Positions 12,774 to 24,595 of a stretch of DNA of 59,489 nucleotides are shown piece by piece. A program made the position numbers and the translations under genes. The notes beneath the pieces were generated by a model. That model was not told the origin of the DNA. It did no database searches and saw only the letters and a program-made list of their open reading frames with translations. How positions within the stretch are numbered: position 1 is the stretch's first letter; every line of letters begins with the position of its first letter. Source of the stretch: Octopus bimaculoides (lineage: Eukaryota). Where the stretch lies: assembly GCF_001194135.2 (NCBI RefSeq), contig NC_068987.1, forward strand, positions 81,925,020 through 81,984,508, read 5' to 3'.

Positions 12774-13698
12774 TCATCATCATCATCATCGTCGTTTAAC
12801 GTCCGCTTTCCATGCTAGCATGGGTTGGACGATTTGACTGAGGACTGGTGAACCAGATGGCTACACCAGACTCCAATCTGATCTGGCAGAGTTTCTACAG
12901 CTGGATACCCTTCCTAACGCCAACCACTCAGAGAGTGTAGTGGGTGCTTTTACGTGCCACCAGCATGAAGGCCAGTCAGGCGGTACTAGCAACGGCCACG
13001 CTCAAAATGGTGTATTTTATGTGCCACTCGCACAAGAGCCAGTCCAGCGGCACTGGCAGCGATCTTGCTCGAAAGCCCTTACACATGTCGTGGGTGCAAG
13101 TGCCAGAAAGGTGACACTGGGCACAGNNNNNNNNNNNNNNNNNNNNNNNNNNNNNNNNNNNNNNNNNNNNNNNNNNNNNNNNNNNNNNNNNNNNNNNNNN
13201 NNNNNNNNNNNNNNNNNNNNNNNNNNNNNNNNNNNNNNNNNNNNNNNNNNNNNNNNNNNNNNNNNNNNNNNNNNNNNNNNNNNNNNNNNNNNNNNNNNNN
13301 NNNNNNNNNNNNNNNNNNNNNNNNNNNNNNNNNNNNNNNNNNNNNNNNNNNNNNNNNNNNNNNNNNNNNNNNNNNNNNNNNNNNNNNNNNNNNNNNNNNN
13401 NNNNNNNNNNNNNNNNNNNNNNNNNNNNNNNNNNNNNNNNNNNNNNNNNNNNNNNNNNNNNNNNNNNNNNNNNNNNNNNNNNNNNNNNNNNNNNNNNNNN
13501 NNNNNNNNNNNNNNNNNNNNNNNNNNNNNNNNNNNNNNNNNNNNNNNNNNNNNNNNNNNNNNNNNNNNNNNNNNNNNNNNNNNNNNNNGGGTGCCAGTTA
13601 TTGAATTTAACTCGATTTCGATTTCACTTGCCTCAACAGGTCTTTGCAAGTGGAGTTTAGTGTCCAATGAAGGAAGGTACGCATAAGTGGACTGGCTG
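12774..13698 (-). mobile_element. RTE 3' UTR spanning an assembly gap
   Basis: (CAT)n-CGTTTAACGTCCGCTTTCCATGCTAGCATGG start; modules continue on both sides of the N run. Confidence 0.75.
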
Positions 13699-15629
13699 GA
13701 GAGAGAGAGAGAGAGAAAGAGTCCAATGGGTAAACTATCGCTATTTTATATTTTTAATATCGTGCATGTGCATTGTTTGTTTTTGATTTTGTCGATTACA
13801 CTGTGTAGTAGGGTCAGTTGGGCACCAACAGTGAAAAAAACAGCACCATGACACAAGTCACTCTGCTAGGAATTTTTAGATGTAGATCCAATGATGAATG
13901 CAAAGTATCGCTGATGATGCCTGGTAGCCATAAGTGGTGAACATACTCCGCAGACACATTACCTAGGATTTACCCTCAAACAAGGTTTGGATACTGCAAT
14001 TAACATCTACTTTCTAAACTTTTCAAGCTAACCTGTCTTATCTCTTGACTTTTCTTTCTTCCTTATCGCATACCTTGTTGTCAGCTGGGCATTATTATTA
14101 TCATTACTATTATTTTTTTTTTGCATTAGGAATAACATCCAGCCATACAAACCATATGAAACAGACAATACAGTCCTTGGGCCCATCTGATCTAGTCAAA
14201 CCATCCAACCCATACCACCATAGAACATTATCCTCATCACCATCGTCATCATCATCATCATCATTTAACATTTCTTTTCCATGCTTTCATGAGTTGGAAA
14301 GTTTCACAGGAGCTAGAAAGCTGCACCTCACTCCAATTGTCTATGTTTGGTATGGTTTCTACAGCTGGATGCCCTCCCTAATGCCAATAGTTTGACTGAG
14401 TATACTGGGTGCTTTTTACATGGCAACATGGACATTAAATGATGATGATGACGATGATGATTAGTTTGTCTTTATTAACAGAAAGTCTTACATGAAAATG
14501 AAATGAAACTCCACAACCCCAACCAAGATGGAAACACTTTGTAGAAACATAATATTTTTTAATATCGAAAATTATTTAACCTAGATAATATTGTCCAGGG
14601 CTTTTCATGTGAATTAAAGTTAGATGGAAAATTTTGTAAAAGCTACAAGTTTCAATAGAAATGCTTTCAAATATATGATGAGAAAAATGAAAATAAAATT
14701 ATGCAATTTTTTTTAGATGAACAACATTGGTAGTTTACTGAGTTTATTTTATTTGTGATGCACTTCGAAGTAAACAGAAGTATTTTGGTGCACTTTGTTC
14801 ATGAAGTCAAAAAAATGTAGGAAAAATGGTATTTATATATTTTAGTATATAAATGTAAATAATTTAAGCTACATTATTATTTACTTCTGTATTCAATAAT
14901 GAAGCATAGTTCACAAGATTTCATATTCACTATTTTGGTTTATAGTGTTTACATTTTTAAACATGATTTTGGTTTGGCCTTAAGTTTGTGTTCTTTCAGT
15001 TCCTCATAAATTTGTTCTGGTCTGGAACCAATGTTTGCTGTCAGTAAATAATATTGACTAGTTTCTGATAAAGGAAGCAAAACTTTCTAATCAACTCAGA
15101 GTTACCACTCTTGGTATCTGGTGCTGAAGTGAACTAATGAATTTGAAATGCATCCATCAGTCCAAAAGAAGGTGTGTTAACTGACTTTGGCACTCTGATA
15201 CCTTTTGACCTTAACAAAAAGGTATTTCTACATGACAAACTGCGGTGAAAAGCCTTTACAGGTTCAAATATTTCCCAAGCATATTTGAACAAGCCTTAAG
15301 TTTATATTCTTTCTTTCACTATTTCATGCATCTACTCACAAATAATTTTATTATATGTGTGGCAGTCATCCAACTGACGATTTAATTAACTAACCTCCTT
15401 CTGCCAAATTTGTGGTCTTATGTCTCTAACAAAAATTTCAACATATATTTCCTTGACACACCTAGATATAACTTGTAGCACACAAGTGTGCCTGTTACTC
15501 CATTTGGGGAGCACTGTACAAGAAATACAGAAAGGAATTCTTCATGAAAGGTAGAGAAAATTCTAAAATAAATAAAGCTAAGAACAGAAGAAACTTTTAG
15601 TTCTCAGAGATGTCATGAATGTGCTATCA

Positions 15630-15844
15630 CAATATAAAATTTCTTGAAAGCTTATAACAAAATGGCTATAAAAAGAATGCTATTAAAAATTCATATAGTG
15701 CATTCCCATCTTGACACATCCCCCCACCAATATGGAAATGCTGGTGATAAGCTTGAACAAAGATTATATCATAATATTATTTTGATGCAATGCCAATGTG
15801 AAGGAGGATATAATCCAAATATGATGGGTAATTCTTGTTGGTGA
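15630..15844 (+). pseudogene. Fossil DNA-transposase C-terminus, probably Chapaev3-like
   Basis: FLKAYNKM..RMLLKIHIVHSHLDTSP.QYG..GD...R...I..M....G.YNPNMMG.SCW follows the recalled motif LKIHFLHSHLDFFP.N.GAVSDEHGERFHQDI..ME.RYQG.W.P.MMADYCW; family assignment is from memory. Confidence 0.55.
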
Positions 15845-16084
15845 AACAATAAACTAATGTACAAAAGTAAAGTGAACATTCAGTTAAATTGTTTCAATGT
15901 TTTACCAGGGATTTTTATTTCATCTGTCTTTATGTTCTGAGTTCAAATTCCACCAAGGATAACTTTTTGCCTTTCATTCTTTTGGGGTTGATAAAATAAG
16001 CCCCAGTTGAGTATTGAGATCAATGGCATCAACTAGCCCCTTTTCACCCAAATTTCAAGCCTTAAGTCTATTGTAGAAATGATC

Positions 16085-16625
16085 ATTATCATTATTGAGC
16101 GCAGTACATGCCAACAAAGTGACACTGTGGTACAAATATACGAAGCCCAGTATACCCCTCATGACTAACTGTCTGATAAGGGTACACCAGGCACATGTAT
16201 CACAACCATATGTTCAGGACATGGTGATCTCATATCAAAGTAAACAGTGCATGATTTTACTGGTGGGGCCCAGTTAAAATTTTCTTCAGGTTGAGTAGCC
16301 CATCCTATTCAAAAGTAGCCTGAATAAGATTTGTTTAAGGATGATGAATGAAACACCTATGTTTCCAGAGGTGAATTATTCAAACCCTGACGCACTCCTC
16401 TCAACACATGGCTACCATGCACACCAACTACTTCTGCTCATGATCAGAATGCACATATCATCAACCACCAAGGGACATGCTCAACTGCTTAAGGTCAAGC
16501 AAATGACAAGCAAATCTGTGGTATTGAGCAGAATATTTGCTACAGTCCAGCTTTTATACCAAGACAAAACAATGTACATGATAATACTTCCAATCAGTTA
16601 AGATTGAAAGCATGAGAGCCACTGC
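16085..16625 (-). mobile_element. ~540-bp non-coding retroposon-like repeat ending in an (AAT)n tail
   Basis: GC-richer block whose minus strand ends ...GTACTGCGCTCAATAATGAT; I recall it as a common octopus repeat, but only one copy is in this window. Confidence 0.4.
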
Positions 16626-16632
16626 TTGGTTA

Positions 16633-16695
<63 letters not shown>

Positions 16696-16710
16696 GTTAT
16701 TATTATTATT

Positions 16711-16925
16711 AAGGCATTGAGCAAACAGAATTGCTAACATGTTGGGCAAAATGCTTTTCAGCATTTCATCCATTTTCATGTTCTGAGTTCAAATCCTGCC
16801 AAAGTCGACTTTGCCTTTCATCCTTTCAGGGTTGTTGAAATATGTACCAGTTGAGTACTGACTTACCTTCACCCCTCAAAAATTGCTGGCCTTGTGCCAA
16901 AATTTGTAATTATTATTATTATCCT
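16711..16925 (+). mobile_element. tRNA-derived SINE, family D
   Basis: GTTCTGAGTTCAAATCC B-box, GTCGACTTTGCCTTTCATCCTTTC body, (ATT)n tail. Confidence 0.7.
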
Positions 16926-17150
16926 TTAGGAGTCAATAAATTAAGTACAAGTGAAACACAGGGGGTTGATGTAATCAATCAGTCCCCTTCCACCAAATTT
17001 CAGGCTTCCTGTCTTTAGTAGAAAGGGTTATTATTATTGTTATTATTATTTTATCAGTCTCTTTTGTCAAACTACCATGTTACAAGGACATAAACAAACT
17101 ATCAGCAGTTGTCAAGTGAGAGACATACACACACACACATGCATACATCA

Positions 17151-17185
<35 letters not shown>

Positions 17186-17217
17186 GTGGTAGCCTAATCT
17201 TTTGGCCAACACTGTAT

Positions 17218-17218
<1 letters not shown>

Positions 17219-17256
<38 letters not shown>

Positions 17257-17800
17257 GCTTAACATCCGCTTTCCATGCTAGCATGGGTTGGATGATTTGA
17301 CTGAGGACTGGTGAACCAGAAGGCTGCACCAGGCTCCAATCTGATCTGGCAGAGTTTCTACAGCTGGATGCCCTTCCTAACACCAACCACTCAGAGAGTG
17401 TAGTGGGTGTTTTTACATGCCACCGGCACGAGGGCCAGTCAGGTGGTACTGGCAACGGCCAAGCTCAAACGGTGCTTTTCATGTGCCACCGGCACAAGTG
17501 CCAGTAAGGCGATGCTGGTAACGATCCCGCTCAAATGGTGCTTTTTACGTGCCACCAACATGGAGCCAGACAGCTGCTCTGGCAAAGATCACGCTCGGAT
17601 GGTGCTGTTAGCGCTCCACTGGCATGGGTGCCAGTCATCAAATTTGGTTTGATTTCAATTTCACTTGCCTCAACAGGTCTTCGCAAGCAGAGTTTAGTGT
17701 CCAAAGAAGGAAAGGTTGGCATGGGTGCCAGTCATCGAATTTGGTTCAATTTCAATTTTGATTTCACTTGCCTCAACAGGTCTCTGCAAGCAGAGTTTAG
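17219..17800 (-). mobile_element. RTE 3' UTR with internal tandem duplication
   Basis: (CAT)n tail; the GGGTGCCAGTCATC...TTTAGTG segment is repeated at ~17625 and ~17722. Confidence 0.8.
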
Positions 17801-18000
17801 TGCCTGACTGGCACCCGTGTTGGTGGCACATAAAAAACACCCACCACACTCTCAGAGTGGTTGGCATTAGGAAGGGCATCCAGCTGTAGAAACCATGCCA
17901 AATCAGATTGATGCAGCTTCCCGGCTTACCAGTTCTCAGTCAAACTGTCTAACCCATGCCATCATGGAAAGTGGACATTAAAGAATGAAGATGATGATGT
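17801..18000 (+). mobile_element. RTE 3' end abutting the previous copy in opposite orientation
   Basis: GGCACATAAAAAACACCC...GGAAGGGCATCCAGCTG...GATGATGAT. Confidence 0.75.
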
Positions 18001-18249
18001 GGTGCCCCAGCATGACCACAGTCTAATGGCTGAAACAAGTAAAAAATAAAAGATAAGAGAATGCGAATAAGTAGGCTTTACTTTTGTGAGAATAACCTGA
18101 ATGTTAAAGGTTTAAAATATAATCGTGACATGAAACTTTAATGGGAAATTAAATATTTGAAATATGGTGTGGAACCAATAATGGCTTAAATATATATTAT
18201 TTTTTCCAATGTCATTAAAAGAGAAAATTAAAATTTGATGACCACTATA

Positions 18250-18460
18250 ATCTTTTTTACTCTAGGCACAAGGCCTGAAATTTTGGGGGAGGGGGCTAGT
18301 CAATTAGATCGACCTCAGTACGCAACTGGTACTCAATTTATCGACCCCGAAAGGATGAAAGGCAAATTTGACCTCAGCAGAATTTGAACTCAGAACATAA
18401 AGACAAAGGAAATACTGCTAAGCATTTCACTAGGCACGTTAACAATTCTGCCAAGTTGCT
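18250..18460 (-). mobile_element. SINE family D
   Basis: Reverse complement of the family D body. Confidence 0.75.
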
Positions 18461-18479
18461 TCTTTATCTCCACAAACAT

Positions 18480-19090
18480 ATTCTTTTCTACCGTAGGCAC
18501 AAGGCCCGAAATTTTGGGGGAGGTGGCTAGTCAATTAAGTACCAGTACACAACTGGTACTTAATTTATCGACTCCCCCCTCCCCCTCCGAAAAGATGAAA
18601 GGGAAAGTCGACCTCAGCGGAATTTGAACTCGAAGACTTATTGAGGCAAGCGAAAGCGAAATCGGGATGGCACCTGTGCCCAGCGTCGCCTTTCTGGCAC
18701 TTGTGCCCGTGACATGTGTAAGGATTTTCGAGTGAGATCGTTGGCTGGCTCTTGTGCGGGTGGCACATAAAATACACCATTTTGAGCGTGGCCGTTGCCA
18801 GAACCGCCTGACTGGCCTTCGTGCAGGTGACACGTAAAAGCACCCACTACACTCTCTGAGTGGTTGGCGTTAGGAAGGGCATCCAGCTGTAGAAACTCTA
18901 CCAGATCAGACTGGAGCCTGGTGTAGCGATCCTGTTTCACCAGTCCTCAGTCAAATCGTCCAACCCATGCTAGCATGGAAAGCGGATGTTAAACAATGAT
19001 GATGATGATGATGAAGAATGTAAAGACAAACGAAATACTGCTAAGCATTTCGCACAGCGTGCTAAAATTTCTGCCAGCTCACCACCTTTG
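18480..19090 (-). mobile_element. SINE family D interrupted by an RTE 3' end
   Basis: Body stops at TTTGAACTCGAA (~18633) and resumes GAATGTAAAGAC at ~19016. Confidence 0.7.
18634..19014 (+). mobile_element. RTE 3' UTR nested in a SINE
   Basis: Modules plus canonical terminus and (GAT)n tail. Confidence 0.8.
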
Positions 19091-21092
19091 ATGACCATTA
19101 TAATAAATACATTTGGAATGAGTGTTATTGCATCTAAAAGAAGCATCGGTTGTGTGTGAGTGTAAGTATGTGTGTGTGTATATATGTGATTTAAAGTACA
19201 GTGTCTAAGAGGTTAAGGCAATGGTCCTGAGTTCAATCAAGGACTGGTGATATTGATTTAATTTTTGTCTTTTTAATTTCATATTGTTGAAATGGAGTCT
19301 GTTTTTGGTTGTTTCTCTCTCTCTCTCTCTCTCCATTTTTTTTTTTTGTACTTTACTAATCAGTGGAAGAGTGGCAGTAACTCTAACTTATAAAAGTCCT
19401 GCAGAATGAAATTATTGGGAAGAAAAATCTTAAATTGAAATATGAATTCAAATCAGCAGTTTATTTGTTTTTAAGTGAAAAAATTTTATTTTCACTTCTT
19501 TTTTTTTCTTATTGGATTTTGGTTTGAGTTGAATTTCAATTTCCTTTTTTGAAAAATTCTTGATTCACTGTCACCATCTCACTAATTTTGGTTTCAGGCG
19601 ATACTTTGGTATTCATCAAATTGAAATTTCAAACTGAAAGAGGGGGGGGGGAGATCAAGTCCAAATTCTTATCTCTGGTTCAAATTTCACTAATTTCAAA
19701 ATATTTTCTTTTTAATGTATGTAACTTTACAGGCTTCAATTTATTTGATTGAAAACAAGCTTTGCCATTCTTCATTCTTGTTTTGTGATAGGAATGAAAT
19801 CCATCTCTTAATATTCCATCAATATTTAAAGATTTGCAAAGGATACCAAATCTATGCCAGCATGATACAATTGATATGAAACAATAGAACATAATCTATT
19901 GTACTATATCAATATCTACTGTATTATTTTCTGTACTGTGGAATCGATTGCATATCCTTCTCACTCCAAAATATTTGCTATCTCTCAGTTTTCTACACTC
20001 TATCAAAATACTCACCAAACAATGGCAGTAAAATATACATGGAATGGCTGTACCAAAATGTTGACTGTGGCAAATATTAACTTAATAGTTTATCCTTAAA
20101 CACCTTTTGTATATAATTGACAAAAGTACATGCTAGGGTCATGCATGATGCTGTAATTAAAATAATACAAGGTTAATAACATTGGTATCAAAGTTCCATC
20201 TCCTTTTTTTTGTGTGTTTTGGTACATTATTTTGTTATTTTGTATCCTGCTTCCTACTCAATTCTTTGTGTTTTCCTACAATGAAAAATCTTCAATTATC
20301 TATTTCCATTGGTGCAGATCATTTATTTATTTAAAAAAAAATAATACATTGCAATGGTTAAACACTTCTGTTATATTGGAAATGGCAGCTCTGGTTCCAG
20401 ATACCATTATGGGTTTCAGGTATTATCATAGATATGTGTGGGAAATTGGTAGATGGAAACAATAGTTGTGTAATGATATATTGTGTGTCTCTGAGTTCAA
20501 ATTCCACCAAGGTTGACTTTGCCTTTCATCCTTTCGGGGTTGATAAATTAAGAACCAGTTGCATACTGGGGTCGATCTAATCGATTACCCCACCCCGCCC
20601 CCCAAATTTCGGGCCTTGTGCCTAGAGTGGAAAAGGATATATTGTGTTAGCCTGTGGCCATGTTGGGGCACCATCTTGAGTGACATTTTAGTTGAATAAA
20701 TTGACCCCAGTACTTATTATTATTTGCCTGGTACCTATTCTATCAGTCTCCTTTGCAGAACTGTTAAGTTACAGGGATGTAAACACATGAGTACCAGTTG
20801 TCAAATGGTTGGGCGTGGGACAAACACACATTTATATATACGATGGGCTTCTTTCAGTTTCCGTCTGCTAAATCCAGTTGTCAAATGGTTGAGGATGAAA
20901 CAAACACACACACACACATGCATATCTATATCTAAGATGGGCTTCTTTCAGTTTCCATCTGCTAAATCCGCTCACAAGGCTTTGGCAGGCCTAAGGTTAT
21001 AGTAGATAACATTTGCCCAAGGTGTCACACAGTAGGACTGAACCCCAAACCATGTGGTTGGGAAGCAAGTTTCTTACCCTATAGCCAAGCCT

Positions 21093-21380
21093 GTAATCAT
21101 GTGATTGGCCAGACTATTGGACATTGTTATACATTGCTGGTCACAATGTACTTTGCATCATTTTAACTTTTGAATGAAGCCACCCTGCTGGCTACTCAAG
21201 CAGGCCAATGTTGCCCCTAACTGGAAGGCTAATCTATCACAGGGTTACCCATTTACTATTGAGCTGAATGGGGCAACATGAAATGAAGTGGTTTGCTCAA
21301 GAACACAACATGCAGATAGTCTGGGAATTGAAACAATGATCTCATGCTTACAAGTGCAACACACCTAACAACTAGGCTGA
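21093..21380 (-). mobile_element. tRNA-derived SINE, family F, with V-SINE-like central motif
   Basis: Minus strand has a tRNA-like head followed by CCCTGTGATAGATTAGCCTTCCAGTTAGGGG; same body at 49100-49255. Confidence 0.6.
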
Positions 21381-21461
21381 TGTATGCGTGCACACTTACG
21401 TATGTGTGTGTGTTTGTTTGTCCATCACCACCACTTGACACCAATGTTGGTTTGTTTACAT

Positions 21462-22166
21462 CATAGGTTCTCAAAGTGGGCACTACCACCTCCTGGTGGG
21501 CGTTGAGAGGGTCCAGGTGAGTGCTGGTATCTATGGGGGCTGTAAAGAAAAAGGAAGCATTGGGAAAAAGGCAGTGGATTGGAGGAACGCTATGAATTTA
21601 TATCATTATAATATTGTATACAAGTCATATATTATATTAAATATCAAATGATTCATAGTATATGTAAATTACTCTTTTACTTGTTTCAGTCATTTGACTG
21701 TGGCCATGCTGGAGTACCACCTTTAGTCGAGCAAATCGACCCCAGGACTTATTCTTTGTAAGCCTAGTATTTATTCTATCAGTCTCTTTTGCCGAACTGC
21801 TAAGTTATGGGGACGTAAACACACCAGCATCGGCTGTCAATCGATGTTGGGGGCACAAACACAGACACACAAACACACATATATAGATACATATCCATAT
21901 ATATATGATGGGCTTCTTTCAGTTTCCGTCTACCAAATCCACTCACAAGGCTTTGGTCGGCCCGAGGCTATAGTAGAAGACACTTGCCCAAGGTGCCACG
22001 CAGTGGGAATGAACCCGGAACCATGTGGTTGGTAAGCAAGCTACTTACCACACAGTCACTCCTGCGCCTTAGTAAAATATTCATACATAAAAGTAGGGGT
22101 GGGGGGCACTAAGGGTATTATGTGGCCATGAGGTGGGCGATGGCCCAAAATGTTCAAGAACCTCTA
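21462..22166. mobile_element. hAT (Charlie-like) MITE with 8-bp TSD, containing a nested SINE
   Basis: Ends CATAGGTTCTCAA / TTCAAGAACCTCTA; perfect TSD GTTTACAT at 21454-21461 and 22167-22174. Confidence 0.75.
21671..22068 (-). mobile_element. SINE family A nested in the hAT MITE
   Basis: Near full-length match to the other family A copies. Confidence 0.85.
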
Positions 22167-23618
22167 GTTTACATCCTTGTAACTTAGCAGTTTGTCAAAA
22201 GAGACTGATAGAATAAGTACAACACTTAAAAATAAATACTGGGGGTGATTTGTTCAACTAAGTCTATCAAGGAAGTGCTCCAGCATTGCCACAAGTAATG
22301 GCTGAAACAAGCAAGAGATAAAACGATTCTGCTGCAATGGAAAACTTCAATTATGTGTTTCCATTGACGCAGATCATTTATTTATTTAAAAAATAATACA
22401 CTGCATAGTTAGATACTTCTGTTATATTGGAAATGGCAGTTCTGGTGCCAGATATCATAATCGGTAAAGTATTATTATAAAACATGCTCAAAATAATTGA
22501 AACAAACTTATAAAGTTCCACCTAAATAGTAATTCAATGAAACACAAAAGTACACAAGTTCTGTACTCTAATTCACAGATTCAAATTCAACTAAAGGAAT
22601 CATAGTATGGCATTAAATAAGCGAACCCCTATGTGGTTGCTTGGTATACTAGTAGTAGCAGCTAAATCTTCCTCAAATTAAAGCTTGTAATGGCTGATAG
22701 AATCAGTACCAGATTTATAAAAAGTAAAGACTGGGGTTGGATTTTCAAATGCAGCTTAAGACAATGCTCCAGCAAGGCCACAGTGCAATGACTGAAATGA
22801 TTGAAATGAGTAAAAGATAAAAGGTAAAAGATTAACGATTAAAGACACAAACTTAAAAAAACAAAAGATAATTAAAGCCTATGATGTACAAACGACTTGA
22901 TGATCAAGGCTGGAATGGCTTTGGTTACAGCTCTACTGGCCCTGGGTTATAAAGCAACCATGTTGCTTTGAGTAATGATCATAATTTTTTTTAGATTTGA
23001 TGCATTTAAGAAGTAAGAAAAAAGGGAGAAAATATCCATTTAAAAATGAAGTGGCTGGTATTATAAAAAAGATTTCAAGCCACAAAAATACAACTCCAAG
23101 ATAAAATTTGATCCTCAAAGACAGAAGTGGAGTGAAGAGAAGAGAGACAAAGAGAGAGAGAGAAACAGGGGAGAGGGAGACAGAGAAAGAAAGAGGGTGT
23201 GTGTGTGTATGTGTGTGTGTGTGTGTGTGTATTTTATGCTTCGGTGTGGGTGTGTGTATTCATTTACTCGACCTAACAATTAATGTGATTTGTTTAAATC
23301 ATCCCATAACTTAGTGGTTCGACAAATAGTGTTGAGAAAATTAAGTACCTGACTTAAAGTCCAGACCCAAATATATTTACTAAAAACAAAGGTAATTAGT
23401 TGGGATTTTTGTTAGGAAAAACTGAAAAAATATGAAATAATTTACTCTGAAAATCTTCATTGCTTTTCACTAAAAGTCAGCTGAAAGTCATAGTTCACTC
23501 TTCTAATGTAGTTGGCTGAGGAGATCTAATAAGACTGAAACATATCTAGAGTTGTCATTGAGATTATCAAAGATCTGATCCACTCCTCCACTGCATACTC
23601 CTTTCCCATACATTTTAA

Positions 23619-23839
23619 TCCTTTAGTGTTCACATTATTCTGCCATAATTAATGCTTTTTTATCCACATTGTTTTGAACTAATCAAGCATTATCTTGTAG
23701 TTATGAGATTTTGATGAGGTAGCTGTTAATTTTTAAAACGATATTGTAGGGTTGGTGTGAGAGACCAGATCTGGCCAGTTTGAACATAGAATAGGCAGAA
23801 TACTTTTGGCCGGATATGGCCGGTTTAAATGCTAAAGGG
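23619..23839. mobile_element. piggyBac-like MITE
   Basis: TTAA|TCCTTTAG ... CTAAAGGG|TTAA. Confidence 0.7.
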
Positions 23840-24260
23840 TTAAAATAAATTTGGGTTTCAGAGTTTGTATCTCTTGTCTTTTTTTTTTTTGTCTTTAGGT
23901 GAGAATTAGCATTAATGCTAATGATTTCCTTTTTATCTTTTCATTATGGGTATAATTTTGATTGATTAAAAAGTTATTTTTGGTTCACTCCATTAAGCAG
24001 GAAACCTAAGGGAAGACCACAAGCAAAATGGTTGGCTAAAATCCCAAATCTCAGTTAGTCATGCTTGAGAGAATCTAGCTGGAAATTGTATCGATGGTTG
24101 CTTCTTGATGGTTGTGTAGGACCCTATGGAGGAGGTACCTGAAGACCCTACCTTCACAACTACCCCAGGAATAGTTAGGCAGCAAAAGAAGGTGGATAGA
24201 TGGATAAATGGTTCCATTAACTGTGTCAACCCCCACCGAACATAATGATCATCAGATGTG

Positions 24261-24595
24261 AAGGCACATGGCTCAGTGGTTAGAGCATAAGACTCACAAT
24301 CATGAGGTAGTGAGTTTGATTCCTGGACTGGGCAGTGTGTTGTGTTCTTGAGCAAAACACTTTATTTCATGTTGCTCCAGTTCATTCAGCTGTAGAAATG
24401 AGCCACGATGTCACTGATGCCAAGCTGCATCGGCCCCTTCACCTTTCCCTTGAATAACATCGGTGGCTTGGAGAAGAGGAGGCTGGTATGCATGGACAAC
24501 TGCTGGCCGACCAGAAACAACCTTGCCCGGATTTGTGTCTCGGAGGGTAACTTTCTAGATGCAATCCCACAGTCATTCATGACCAAACAGGGTCT
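24261..24595 (+). mobile_element. SINE family B
   Basis: GGCACATGGCTCAGTGGTTAGAGC head, full body. Confidence 0.8.

Noticed and set aside
13893-13950. ATGATGA/CTGA motifs as C/D snoRNA or hammerhead
   Set aside because: No terminal D box or stem, and GAAC instead of GAAA with no stem III.
24261-24340. SINE heads as tRNA genes
   Set aside because: A/B boxes present but no complete cloverleaf, and each continues into a repeat body.
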